From an uncultured Actinomycetes bacterium (GTDB lineage Bacteria > Actinomycetota > Thermoleophilia > RBG-16-64-13): 64,000 nt of DNA. Made by a program: the position numbers and the translations under genes. The stretch covers positions 96,001-160,000 of the forward strand of contig CAWJDT010000004.1 in assembly GCA_963841735.1 (NCBI GenBank), given 5' to 3'. Of this stretch, positions 10,439 through 20,527 are shown one piece after another (position 1 is the first letter of the stretch; the number at the start of each line of letters is the position of its first letter). The notes beneath the pieces were generated by a model. The model saw only the letters and a list, made by a program, of their open reading frames with translations. It was not told the origin of the DNA and ran no database searches.

Positions 10439-11314
10439 GTGACGGCGATATCCTGCGTGGTGCTTGTTGATAAGCCAGTGGGCCCTACGAGCTTCGACAT
10501 CGTCCGGGGGGCCCGCCGCGGAGTAGTGGGGGGCAGAGTGGGACACGCCGGAACCCTGGACCCGTTCGCCACCGGTCTGCTGCTCATCCTGGTAGGCCAG
10601 GCAACACGGGTGTCCAATCTGCTGATGGGACTGCCCAAAGAGTACGATCTGACAGTGCAGTTCGGCGCTGTGTCTACCACTGCGGATCCTACCGGGGAGA
10701 TCACGTCGACTGGGCGAGGCGTGGATGTGCGCGAGGTGGTAAAGGCTCTTGACAAGTTCAGGGGAGTCGTTAGGCAGCGTGTCCCGTTGACGTCGGCCGT
10801 GAAGGTGGGCGGCCAACCGCTATACAAGACGGCCCATCGGGGCGAGACCATGGAGACTCCTGAGCGAGACGTCATGATCTACGATGTTTCGCTGGTGGGG
10901 TTCGACGAAGAGAGCCAGACGGCGAGGGTTCTCGCCCTGACGGGTAGCGGCACATATCTTCGTGTGCTGGCCGAGGACCTGGGCGCCGTGACCGGAGCAG
11001 GCGCCTACGCATCGGCCCTGAGACGCACACGAGTGGGGGGCTTCAGTGTGTCCAACGCCCTGAGCCCCGACGAGCTGTCTCCTGAGCGGTATATGCAGGG
11101 TGGCGCGGGAATCGTTAGCGTTGATGAGGCACTAGCGTTCCTACCGGCGCGCGAGCTGAGTTCAGACCAAGCGCGACTGGCGATGAACGGCAATGCACTG
11201 CTGGCCGAGAGCGAACGCCGTTTTCGTGCGCGTTCGCAAGGTGAGCTCTTAGGCGTCTACGAGACTCGGGATGAGGCGGCGCGTCCTCTTGTGGTGTTTG
11301 CGAGGCCGGGGTGA
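10439..11314 (+). CDS. truB: tRNA pseudouridine(55) synthase
   Basis: DKPVGPTSFD, GHAGTLDPFATG, GSGTYLR. Confidence 0.96.
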   Translation: MTAISCVVLVDKPVGPTSFDIVRGARRGVVGGRVGHAGTLDPFATGLLLILVGQATRVSNLLMGLPKEYDLTVQFGAVSTTADPTGEITSTGRGVDVREVVKALDKFRGVVRQRVPLTSAVKVGGQPLYKTAHRGETMETPERDVMIYDVSLVGFDEESQTARVLALTGSGTYLRVLAEDLGAVTGAGAYASALRRTRVGGFSVSNALSPDELSPERYMQGGAGIVSVDEALAFLPARELSSDQARLAMNGNALLAESERRFRARSQGELLGVYETRDEAARPLVVFARPG

Positions 11315-12282
11315 GCATGCGGACCTACCGGGGTTTGGCAGAGGTCACTGATGCTCCGGCGGAGGGCCGGGCGATCGCCATCGGTGTGTTTGACGGAGTG
11401 CACCTTGGACACCAGCGCATCGTGGCAAGGGCGGTCCAAGAGGCCGCCTCGCGCGGGGGGCGCTCGACCGTAGTGACTTTCTCCCCTCATCCGGATGCTG
11501 TGCTACATCCCCGCAGGGCTCCCCGCGCGCTGACTTCGGCTGTGCGGAAGGCCCAACTCCTCGAAGCCCTGGGCGTCCAGGAGCTTGTGGTGGTGACGTT
11601 CGATCGGGATTTCGCCGGGCTCGTGCCGGAGGCGTTTTGCAGGCTGGTGCTATCGGATCATCTAGGTGCCAGCGTGGTCTTTGTGGGCCAGAACTTCCGT
11701 TTCGGCCACGAAGGACTCGGCACCACCAGAGAGCTCAGCGAGTATGGGCGGGCGCACGGTTTCGAGGTGCGGGCAGTGCCCTTGGTGGACGAGGCGGGTG
11801 ACCCCATCTCGAGCACCCGCATCCGGGAGCTGCTGCGGGGAGGACGGGTGGCCGAGGCGGCTCGGTTGCTGGGGCGACCGCACCAGGTGGACGGCATTGT
11901 CAGTCCCGGCCGGGGGCGGGGGAGAGCGCTCGATGCCCCCACAGCGAATCTGCCGGTGGTACGGGAGATGGCGCTTCCGCGTGCGGGCATCTATGTCACG
12001 CGATCGACGGTGGATGGGCAAGAGGTGCATTCCTCGGTGACAAGTGTGGGCGTCAACCCTACGTTTGAATCCGACCGGAGATTGCGGATGGAGACGTTGC
12101 TTCTCGACTACAGTGGCGACCTGTACGGACGGCACCTAGCAGTGGATTTCCTGGACCGGATCCGGTCACAGCGCACCTTTCCCAACGCCGAGTCCCTAGC
12201 ACTGCAGATCCGTTTGGACGTAGAAACGGCGCTCAGGATGCACGCGGCCTGGTCGATAGACCAAGAGGACGGGCGCACATAG
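11311..12282 (+). CDS. ribF: Bifunctional riboflavin kinase/FAD synthetase
   Basis: IGVFDGVHLGH, ISSTRIR, PTAN, GVNPTF. Confidence 0.96.
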   Translation: MSMRTYRGLAEVTDAPAEGRAIAIGVFDGVHLGHQRIVARAVQEAASRGGRSTVVTFSPHPDAVLHPRRAPRALTSAVRKAQLLEALGVQELVVVTFDRDFAGLVPEAFCRLVLSDHLGASVVFVGQNFRFGHEGLGTTRELSEYGRAHGFEVRAVPLVDEAGDPISSTRIRELLRGGRVAEAARLLGRPHQVDGIVSPGRGRGRALDAPTANLPVVREMALPRAGIYVTRSTVDGQEVHSSVTSVGVNPTFESDRRLRMETLLLDYSGDLYGRHLAVDFLDRIRSQRTFPNAESLALQIRLDVETALRMHAAWSIDQEDGRT

Positions 12283-12409
12283 GAATGCCGGCGCCAAGCG
12301 ACGGCTCCGTTTGGGAGCGTTACGGGGATGCTATCCTGAAGGCGACTGATGAGTGCAGGTATGCAGCGCGCATCGGTGGGTGTGCGTGTGAGACGTTCTA
12401 GGAGGGATT

Positions 12410-14035
12410 ATGTTTACCACAAGGTCCGCTGAAGCCTATTCGGGCAGGCGGCCGCGTCAGGGGCCTGCCCTCTCTGTGGTGGTCGTTATGTTTGCCGTGT
12501 TGGTTGTCACTGTGTTGTCGGTGTTTGCGATGCCGGCCCAAGCTCTGGCCGCCGATATCGACTATGTGAAGCATACGGGGGTCAACCGGTACCATACGGC
12601 CGCTCTGGTTTCCCGAACTGGGTTTGCGCCGGGTGTTGAGGCGTTGGTCCTTGCCAACGGGGAGAGCTACCAGGGGGCGTTGTGTGCAACTCCGCTGGCG
12701 GCGGCCTACGGCGGCCCTGTGCTGCTTAGCGGCCCCCTTTCGCTCGACCCATACGCTCTAGCTGAGATCACCCGCCTCACCCCGAGCAAGATCTTCGTGG
12801 TGGATCTGGGCCGGAGTGTAGTGGACCAGTTGAAGGTCGCGTTTGCCGATTTGGCCGCGGCCGGGTCGATTGTTGTTATTGGGGGCGCCGATCAATACGA
12901 GATGGCCAAGCTGGTCTCGGAGCAGGTGGCGGCCAAGGTGGGCGCAGTAACCGGGGTGGTTTTGGTTCCGGGCGACAAGTTCCCCGATGCCATTGCCGTC
13001 GCCCCGCTGGCCGCTCAGAAGAGGTGGCCCATCCTGCTGACACCGGCCGCTGGTCCGCTGCCGGACGTGACGGCTCAGGCTTTCGCCGCGCTGGGTGCAA
13101 CGACGGTTCTCGAGGCCGGCAGTTACGTCGATCCGGCCATTCCCGGACAGACGCGCACGCGCCTGGTCGGTAGGGATCGCTACGAGACCGGTTCGATGAT
13201 CGCGGACTATGCCGCTTCTCAGGGACTGAGTTACGCGCACACGGCGTTTGTCACGGGCGACAAGTTTCCGGACGCGCTATCCGCTGGGCCGTATATGGCC
13301 CTGGATGGCGGCATCGCGCTTCTGGTGGAGTCTGCGAATGTTCCGGGGCCGACCGTCGCGCAGATCTTGGCGCACAAAGACGAGTTTGTCTCGGTGGAGT
13401 TCATGGGATTAGGAGCAGGTGTCGTCGACCAGGTCAGGCTTCTGAGTGGTGCGGGCGGTGTGCCGGACGACTTCTCTTTCGCCAGCTTGAAGTGGGGCTC
13501 GACGGGGGCTGAGGTCACTTGGCTGGAGCAGAAACTAAGCGACCTGTCCTATCGTCCAGGGCCCATCGATGGGGTGTTTAATGAGCGTACCTACCAGGCG
13601 GTCATTGCGTTCCAGAAGTGGGAGGGGTTGCCTAGAACGGGTACCGTTGGAAGCGACACCTGGCAGCGGCTGTTGATCGCCACCCGGCCGGCGCCGACCC
13701 GGAGGCTGACGGGCACCTGGGTCGAAGTGAACAAGGCCAAGCAGGTGTTTCTGTTCTGCCGCAACGGCTTGGTAGAGCGGACGTTGCCTACATCGACCGG
13801 CGCAGCCCAGTACTGGGTGACGCCTTCCGGAGCCTACTACATCCGAAGCGAGAACACCTGGGAGACGATGCGGTATAAGCCTCTGTACTTCAACAGGGGC
13901 TATGTGTGGGCGATTCACGGATATACCAGTGTCCCTGCGTATCCGGCGAGTCACGGTTGCGTGCGTATCACCATCTGGGACATGGACGAGCTTCATGCAC
14001 TTATCCCGGTGGGAACTAAGGTCTACATCTACTAG
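12410..14035 (+). CDS. Secreted protein: three cell-wall-binding-2 repeats + peptidoglycan-binding domain + L,D-transpeptidase (YkuD) domain
   Basis: Signal peptide (AQALA); GVNRYHTA/GADQYE/GRDRYET and FPDA/PILL CWB2 motifs; YRPGPIDGVF..T..AVIAFQ PG-binding; AIHG..SHGCVRI catalytic motif. Confidence 0.88.
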   Translation: MFTTRSAEAYSGRRPRQGPALSVVVVMFAVLVVTVLSVFAMPAQALAADIDYVKHTGVNRYHTAALVSRTGFAPGVEALVLANGESYQGALCATPLAAAYGGPVLLSGPLSLDPYALAEITRLTPSKIFVVDLGRSVVDQLKVAFADLAAAGSIVVIGGADQYEMAKLVSEQVAAKVGAVTGVVLVPGDKFPDAIAVAPLAAQKRWPILLTPAAGPLPDVTAQAFAALGATTVLEAGSYVDPAIPGQTRTRLVGRDRYETGSMIADYAASQGLSYAHTAFVTGDKFPDALSAGPYMALDGGIALLVESANVPGPTVAQILAHKDEFVSVEFMGLGAGVVDQVRLLSGAGGVPDDFSFASLKWGSTGAEVTWLEQKLSDLSYRPGPIDGVFNERTYQAVIAFQKWEGLPRTGTVGSDTWQRLLIATRPAPTRRLTGTWVEVNKAKQVFLFCRNGLVERTLPTSTGAAQYWVTPSGAYYIRSENTWETMRYKPLYFNRGYVWAIHGYTSVPAYPASHGCVRITIWDMDELHALIPVGTKVYIY

Positions 14036-14178
14036 TCTTGTGCCCTCTGTTGGTGAGGGGCCACAACCACTCTTGCGGGCTCTGTTACGGCTCGGGTCAG
14101 GTCACGCTGTGGTAACCTACATCACCGTCGCGGGCATGGTGCGCGTGACGGAGCGCTCACGTACGGGCGCTGGCATTT

Positions 14179-14243
14179 AAACCTGCACCTCGGCTAGGAC
14201 TGTAGGGTCTACGCTGGGAGCAAGGAGCCCTAGGAGGCTATGC
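14179..14243 (+). promoter_or_regulatory. Putative S15-binding leader of rpsO
   Basis: Nested stems CCTGC/GCAAGG and CTCGGC/GCTGGG immediately before the AGGAGG RBS; TGgTAACCT extended -10 at 14110-14118. Confidence 0.5.
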
Positions 14244-14510
14244 ATGCTTAGCAAGGAACGCAAGACTGAGATTATCGACCGATTCAAGAAGCACGAGGGC
14301 GACACGGGCTCGCCGGAAGTTCAGATAGGTATTCTCACCGAGCAGATTAACGTGCTCACTCAGCATCTCAAGACCCATTCGAAGGACCACCATTCACGGC
14401 GTGGTCTGTTGCAGATGGTGGGTCGCCGCCGCCGCCTTCTCAACTACCTGCAGAGAGAGGACGTTGAGAGGTATCGGACGGTTGTGAAGGATCTTGGTCT
14501 CCGCAGGTAG
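14244..14510 (+). CDS. rpsO: 30S ribosomal protein S15
   Basis: [24 protein letters not shown]. Confidence 0.98.
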   Translation: MLSKERKTEIIDRFKKHEGDTGSPEVQIGILTEQINVLTQHLKTHSKDHHSRRGLLQMVGRRRRLLNYLQREDVERYRTVVKDLGLRR

Positions 14511-14564
14511 GCTGGCGGGGATTGGCGGAAGGAAGTTGCGGGGAAGTAGAAGCGAGACGGATAG

Positions 14565-14587
14565 TGAGGACCCTCGAGAGGTCCTCA
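14565..14587 (+). other. Hairpin between rpsO and pnp
   Basis: TGAGGACC-N7-GGTCCTCA perfect 8-bp stem, no U-tract. Confidence 0.5.
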
Positions 14588-14603
14588 GACGGGAGAAAAG
14601 AAA

Positions 14604-16730
14604 GTGGCAGCAGAGGTAAGAACCACAGAAGTAGTACTTGGCGACAAGAAGATCACGTTCGAGACAGGCAGGTTGGCCAAACAGGCCAGCGGGGCCGTGG
14701 TTGTGCGTTTGGGAGACACAATGGTGTTGGTCACGGCGGTCGTGGCGAGCACTGAGAGGAACGTGGACTTCTTCCCCCTCACTGTTGACGTTGAGGCTGG
14801 GATGTACGCCGCGGGGAAGATCCCTGGCGGTTTCATCAAGAAAGAAGGCCGCGCGAGCGACCATTCCATACTGACCGCCAGGCTTATCGACAGACCTATC
14901 CGGCCGCTCTGGCCCAAGGGCTTCAACAAAGAGACGCATATCGTGGCCACCGTGCTTTCGGTGGACAAGACCAATCCTTACGACGTGTTGGCGTTGGCCG
15001 GTGCCTCAGCGGCACTTTCGCTTTCGGAGGCTCCTTTCGGAGGTCCGGTAGGCGCGGTGCGGGTGGCGAAGGTCGAGGATGCCTGGATCGTCAACCCCAC
15101 TTATGAGCAGATCGAAATGAGCGCGATCAACATGGTGGTGGCCGGCACGGCGGACGCTATCGGTATGGTCGAGGCGGGATGCGAAGAGGTAGACGAGGCT
15201 GAAGTCCTGGCCGGCCTCGAGGTGGCCCACGAGGCCATCAAGAAGCAGGTGGAGGTCATCCGCGTGTGGGCTGCGGAGATCGGCAAGCCCAAGATGGAGT
15301 TTGCCGCGAAGGTGCCCGATCAGGGGCTTATGGAGAAGATCAAAGCTCGCTTTGCCGGGTCTGTCGAGCAGGCGAGCAACGTGCTAGATAAGAAGCAACG
15401 CTCCGATGCTCTGGCCGCCTTGAAGCAAGAGGTCTTGGCAGCTTGGCCGCCGGCGGAGGGCAGCGAGGATGCCGTGGGCGAGACGGCTCGGTTGGCGAAG
15501 GCCTTTGACGCTGTTGAGAAAGAGACCGTCCGGCGAGTTATCGCCGTCGATAAGAAGCGTCCCGATGGTCGCGGAGTGGACGAGATCCGTCCAATCGACT
15601 GTGACGTCAAGATCGCACCGCGCACTCACGGCTCGGGTCTTTTCACGCGGGGTCAGACACAGGTGCTCACCCTTCTCACTTTGGGCGCGGCGCGTGACGA
15701 GCAGCGGGTCGATGGACTCGATGTCGAGGAATCCAAGCGGTTCATGCATCACTACAAGTTCCCGCCGTTCAGTGTGGGGGAGACCGGTTTCATGCGCGGC
15801 CCCGGCCGGCGCGAAATAGGTCACGGGGCTCTGGCCGAGCGGGCACTGATTCAGGTCATCCCCAACGAAGAGGCGTTCCCCTACACCATTCGCTTGGTCT
15901 CGGAGACCCTCGAGTCCAACGGATCGAGCTCTATGGCCAGCGTGTGCGCATCCACTCTTGCCCTGATGGACGCCGGCGTGCCGATCGCCCGTCCTGTGGC
16001 GGGCATTGCCATGGGACTGGTCAAAGAGGGTGACGACTACGTGGTGCTTACCGACATCGCCGGGGTGGAGGATCACCTAGGCGACATGGACTTCAAGGTG
16101 GCCGGCACCGAGCGTGGCATCACCGCGTTGCAGATGGACATCAAGATCACCGGTGTGACCTTTGGCATCATGAAGGACGCGCTTGAGCAGGCCCGTAAAG
16201 CTCGCCTGTTCCTGCTCGACAAGATCACCACGGCCATCAGCGCGCCGCGGACTGAGCTCTCTGAGTTCGCTCCGCGCATTGGTACCATCCGCATCGATCC
16301 GGACAAGATCGGCGCTGTCATCGGCAAGGGTGGCGAGACTATCCGGGGTATGGAAGCAGAGTTCGAGTGCACCATCGATGTGGCCGAGGACGGTCTTGTC
16401 AAGGTGTTCGCCAGCACCGGCAAGCTCGGGGACGCGTGCCTGGAGCGTATCGGTCTGTTGACTCGCGAAACTCAGGTGGGCGACATCGTGGAGGGCCGCG
16501 TGGCTTCTACGACTTCGTTCGGGGCCTTTGTGACTCTCAAGCCCGGCACAGACGGTCTCGTCCACATTTCTCGCCTAGCCGACTATCGGGTCGCGGCTGT
16601 CGAGGACGTCGTCAATCGTGGCGATCTCGTGCGAGTGGAGGTGCTGGAGGTGCAGATGCAGGGTGGCAAAGAGAAGATCAGCCTGCGCCTGCTCGAGAAC
16701 ATGTCTGCAAAGGAAGGCAGTGGCGACTGA
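14604..16730 (+). CDS. pnp: Polyribonucleotide nucleotidyltransferase
   Basis: ETGRLAKQA, RLIDRPIRP, RREIGHGALA, GDMDFKVAG, KH and S1 domains. Confidence 0.98.
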   Translation: MAAEVRTTEVVLGDKKITFETGRLAKQASGAVVVRLGDTMVLVTAVVASTERNVDFFPLTVDVEAGMYAAGKIPGGFIKKEGRASDHSILTARLIDRPIRPLWPKGFNKETHIVATVLSVDKTNPYDVLALAGASAALSLSEAPFGGPVGAVRVAKVEDAWIVNPTYEQIEMSAINMVVAGTADAIGMVEAGCEEVDEAEVLAGLEVAHEAIKKQVEVIRVWAAEIGKPKMEFAAKVPDQGLMEKIKARFAGSVEQASNVLDKKQRSDALAALKQEVLAAWPPAEGSEDAVGETARLAKAFDAVEKETVRRVIAVDKKRPDGRGVDEIRPIDCDVKIAPRTHGSGLFTRGQTQVLTLLTLGAARDEQRVDGLDVEESKRFMHHYKFPPFSVGETGFMRGPGRREIGHGALAERALIQVIPNEEAFPYTIRLVSETLESNGSSSMASVCASTLALMDAGVPIARPVAGIAMGLVKEGDDYVVLTDIAGVEDHLGDMDFKVAGTERGITALQMDIKITGVTFGIMKDALEQARKARLFLLDKITTAISAPRTELSEFAPRIGTIRIDPDKIGAVIGKGGETIRGMEAEFECTIDVAEDGLVKVFASTGKLGDACLERIGLLTRETQVGDIVEGRVASTTSFGAFVTLKPGTDGLVHISRLADYRVAAVEDVVNRGDLVRVEVLEVQMQGGKEKISLRLLENMSAKEGSGD

Positions 16731-17997
16731 CGGGTATCGCCTAGAACAACTACCCACCGGCCAGCGCCTGATAACAGAGAAGCTCGATCACGTAAGATCG
16801 GTGTGCATGGGCTTCTGGATTCCAGCGGGGTCGCGGGATGAGTCTGCGACCCTTGCTGGGGGCACGCACTTTATTGAGCATCTCCTGTTCAAGGGATCCT
16901 CGAAGTACTCGGCTGAAGAAATAGCGCAGATTTTCGACTCGCTTGGCGGCGAACTCAACGCGAGCACTTCGCGAGAGTACGTGGTTGTCTATGGTCGTTT
17001 CCTCGACGATCAGCTCCCGGTGGCCTTGGACGTGATGACGGATATGCTTCTCACGCCGGCTTTTACCGACTTGGACCGGGAGCGCGAGGTGGTACTGGAA
17101 GAGATCGCCATGGTGGAGGACTCTCCCCAGGACCTGATACACGATGTCTTGGCTGAGGTCGTCCTCGACGGGCATGCGCTGGCTCATCCCATCTTGGGGA
17201 CGAGGGAGACCATCGCCGCGGTGTCCGAGGAGGATATCCGCGCCTACCACAAGCAACGCTTTCAGTTTGGCGACATGGTGGTCGCAGCGGCCGGCCACAT
17301 CGATCACGACTTGTTGCAGGGTCTGCTGCTCCAGCTGCAGGATGCTCCTGACGGGGTCGACCCTCTTCGGACGGCGTCGGCACCGGAAGTGGCGCGGCGT
17401 CGCCATTTCTTGTCGAAAGAGACCGAGCAGATGCACGTATGCCTGGGTGGGATCGGCCTGGCCCGTGATGACGACCGACGCTTTCAGCTGTCAGTGCTAG
17501 ACAGCCTGTTCGGGGGATCGCTTAGCTCGCGCCTTTTCCAAGAGGTGCGGGAGAAACGCGGCCTGGTGTACAGCGTGTACTCGTTCTCGAGCCTATACCA
17601 GGAGACCGGGATGAGCGGCGTGTATTTCGGGTGTCGCCCAGAGCGCTTGGGCGCCGTCATGGAGACGGTGGGACGGGAGTTCGTGCGTCTCGTGGAGGAG
17701 CCGGTTCCGGCCGATGAACTCCAGCGAGCCAAGGAACACCTGAAGGGCCGCATGATCCTGGGCCTTGAGAGCACCTCGAGCCGGATGACTCGTTTGGGCA
17801 AAGGGGTGATCACGGGCACGGAGATCCTGTCGCTGGATGAGTTGGCCGCGAAGATCCAGGCGGTCACGAGCGAGGAGCTGCTCGCACTGGCTCAAGAGGT
17901 GTTTCGTCTGCCGGACTTGTCAGTGGTGGGCATTGGAGCCGACGAGACTGTATTCACGGACGCTGTTCCGGCTGACTGTTTGGCGGGCCTGGTCTAG
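16720..17997 (+). CDS. M16 family Zn peptidase (pitrilysin-like)
   Basis: HFIEHLLFKG (HxxEH), SRLFQEVREKRGLVY; usual pnp-dapB context. Confidence 0.92.
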   Translation: MATDGYRLEQLPTGQRLITEKLDHVRSVCMGFWIPAGSRDESATLAGGTHFIEHLLFKGSSKYSAEEIAQIFDSLGGELNASTSREYVVVYGRFLDDQLPVALDVMTDMLLTPAFTDLDREREVVLEEIAMVEDSPQDLIHDVLAEVVLDGHALAHPILGTRETIAAVSEEDIRAYHKQRFQFGDMVVAAAGHIDHDLLQGLLLQLQDAPDGVDPLRTASAPEVARRRHFLSKETEQMHVCLGGIGLARDDDRRFQLSVLDSLFGGSLSSRLFQEVREKRGLVYSVYSFSSLYQETGMSGVYFGCRPERLGAVMETVGREFVRLVEEPVPADELQRAKEHLKGRMILGLESTSSRMTRLGKGVITGTEILSLDELAAKIQAVTSEELLALAQEVFRLPDLSVVGIGADETVFTDAVPADCLAGLV

Positions 17998-18008
17998 GAG
18001 GGCTTTGT

Positions 18009-18779
18009 ATGGTGGGGACGAGTACTGGCGCTGACGGAGGCCTCCGAGTGGGAGTGTCTGGGGCCGCCGGTCGCATGGGGAGCGTGACCTGCAGGGCGGT
18101 GGCCGCAGATGAAGCACTGCGTCTCGCGGTGGCCATAGACCCGATGTACTCTCTCACGGGAGCGCCAGGGGTGGATGGTGAGGAGGCAGGGCCTCAATAT
18201 TTCACCGATGTTGCGTCGGCTCTAGAGGCGGTGGATATCCAGGTGTTAGTGGAATTCAGCATCCCCTCGGTGGTCAAGCAGAACGTGCTTGCGTCCGTGC
18301 GCCGCAAGGTGCCGGTAGTGGTGGGCACAACCGGGTTGGGGGTCGCAGACCTGGCCGAGATCGAACGAGAGACCGAACTGTACGGTGTGCCGGTGTTGGT
18401 GGCGCCAAACTTTGCAATGGGGGCGGTGCTGATGATGCAATTCGCGCGCAAGGCGGCCGAACAGTTGAATGCGTGCGAGATCGTCGAACTGCACCATCAA
18501 GACAAGCTGGACGCGCCCTCTGGGACCTCTCGTCTGACCCGTTTGCGGGTGGAGGAGGTTTGGCGAGAGCGTGGTCTGGACAATGAGGTTGCTATCCACA
18601 GCGTGCGTCTGCCTGGTTTGGTGGCTCACCAGGAAGTCATCTTCGGCGCACCGGGGGAGACGCTGACCATCCGGCATGACTCGCTGTCTAGAGATTCTTT
18701 TATGCCAGGGGTGGTCCTGGCGGTCAAGCGGGTACGGACGCTTCAAGGACTCGTCGTGGGTCTGGAGAACATCTTATAG
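18009..18779 (+). CDS. dapB: 4-hydroxy-tetrahydrodipicolinate reductase
   Basis: GAAGRMG, VGTTG, ELHHQDKLDAPSGT. Confidence 0.96.
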   Translation: MVGTSTGADGGLRVGVSGAAGRMGSVTCRAVAADEALRLAVAIDPMYSLTGAPGVDGEEAGPQYFTDVASALEAVDIQVLVEFSIPSVVKQNVLASVRRKVPVVVGTTGLGVADLAEIERETELYGVPVLVAPNFAMGAVLMMQFARKAAEQLNACEIVELHHQDKLDAPSGTSRLTRLRVEEVWRERGLDNEVAIHSVRLPGLVAHQEVIFGAPGETLTIRHDSLSRDSFMPGVVLAVKRVRTLQGLVVGLENIL

Positions 18780-18865
18780 ATCCGACGGTATCTTGGTCAC
18801 ATCTGGAGGCGGGCCTCGGGTGCTCTTTAGTTGTTCCAGGCGTGCGGAGGTTCTGACCCCTACCT

Positions 18866-20527
18866 ATGACAGCTCATACACTGAGAGTGATACCCCTGGG
18901 GGGGCTAGGGGCCATCGGCAAGAATATGATGGTCCTGGAGTGCGACGGCTCGCTTATCGTAATCGACAGCGGGCTCATGTTTCCCGACGACGAGATGCTC
19001 GGCATCGATTTGGTGCTGCCCGACTTCTCCTATGTGGTCGAGAATCGTGATCGCGTCTTGGGCATACTCATCACGCATGGTCACGAAGACCACGTGGGCG
19101 CTTTGCCCTATCTGCTCAAGGAGATCGACGTTCCCGTCTACGGGACGAGGCTGACTCTCGCTCTGATCAACGCGAAGCTGGGGGAGCACGGACTACAGGG
19201 CAAGGCATCCCTGAACGAGATCAGTCCTGACAAGGAGCTTAAGCTCGGTCCGTTTCGGGTGGAGTTTCTCGAGGTGGCGCACAGCATCCCGGATGGTGTG
19301 GGGTTGGGCATCCATACGCCGGTGGGCACGGTGGTTCACACCGGCGACTTCAAGCTCGACCAGACTCCCATCGATTCGCGCCCCACGGCGATGCAGCGTT
19401 TCGCCGAGCTTGGGAGGAAGGGTGTTGTCCTGCTGATCTCGGATAGCACCGGGGCGGATACTCCCGGATTCACGCAACCAGAACGTAGCGTGGGCCGAAA
19501 CCTGGACAGCATCTTCGCCCTTGCGTCGGGCCGCATCATCGTGGCGTCGTTCGCGAGTCATATCCATAGGATCCAACAGGTCATGGATACAGCTGCCCGC
19601 CATGGGCGGTCTATGGCCATTATCGGCCGGAGCATGGTCAAGAACGTCAACATCGCCTCTAGCCTGGGCTATCTGCAGGTGCCGGATGGGCTCTTGATCA
19701 AGCCGCATGATCTGGCTCTGTTGCCCTCCGATCGAGTGGCGGTTCTTTCCACGGGCAGCCAGGGGGAGCCCCTTTCGGCGCTGGCCCGCATGGCCGCGCA
19801 CGACCATCCCAACGTTGAAATCAGGAAGGGCGACACGGTGATTATCTCCGCTCGCCCGGTGCCCGGGAACGAGACCAGCGTCAATCGAACTATAGACCGT
19901 CTCTTCGCCGCGGGGGCGCGGGTCATATACGAATCGTCGGAAGGGGTGCATGTCTCGGGGCATGCCGCTGCCGAGGAGCTCAAGGTGATGCTGAATCTGG
20001 TGCGGCCCAGGTTCTTCGTGCCAGTGCATGGAGAACACCGCCATCTGTACTTTCATGCGGAGTTGGCTCGAGCGACGGGAATCCCGGATGAGAACGTATT
20101 TCTCATGGAGAACGGGGATATCCTGGAACTCGATCGAGAAGGCGCGCGGATCGCTGGGAGGGTGCAGGCGGGCATGATACTGGTGGACGGCTTCGCAATG
20201 GGCGACTTCCGCGAGCTCGTGCTGCGTGACCGGCAGCATCTGGCCACCGACGGGTTGGTTATGGTGGTGGTTGTGCGCAGCGCCCAGGATGGAAAGATCA
20301 TGGGCGAGCCGGAACTCGTCTTCAGAGGTATTGCACACTGTGGTGACCTCGAGGAGCTGAGTGATACAGCTAGGGATCTTGTGGTGGGATTGCTTGAGAG
20401 CGATGAGATGCGGCAGGTCACCGATGTGGGTCTGGTCAAGAACCGCGTGCATGACGTCTTGCAGAAGTTCCTCCGCAAGGAGGCCGATAGGCGTCCCATG
20501 GTCTTGCCGGTCATCGTAGAAGTATGA
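18866..20527 (+). CDS. rnj: Ribonuclease J
   Basis: PLGGLGAIGKN, HGHEDHVG, TGSQGEP, HVSGHA, PVHGE. Confidence 0.96.
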   Translation: MTAHTLRVIPLGGLGAIGKNMMVLECDGSLIVIDSGLMFPDDEMLGIDLVLPDFSYVVENRDRVLGILITHGHEDHVGALPYLLKEIDVPVYGTRLTLALINAKLGEHGLQGKASLNEISPDKELKLGPFRVEFLEVAHSIPDGVGLGIHTPVGTVVHTGDFKLDQTPIDSRPTAMQRFAELGRKGVVLLISDSTGADTPGFTQPERSVGRNLDSIFALASGRIIVASFASHIHRIQQVMDTAARHGRSMAIIGRSMVKNVNIASSLGYLQVPDGLLIKPHDLALLPSDRVAVLSTGSQGEPLSALARMAAHDHPNVEIRKGDTVIISARPVPGNETSVNRTIDRLFAAGARVIYESSEGVHVSGHAAAEELKVMLNLVRPRFFVPVHGEHRHLYFHAELARATGIPDENVFLMENGDILELDREGARIAGRVQAGMILVDGFAMGDFRELVLRDRQHLATDGLVMVVVVRSAQDGKIMGEPELVFRGIAHCGDLEELSDTARDLVVGLLESDEMRQVTDVGLVKNRVHDVLQKFLRKEADRRPMVLPVIVEV

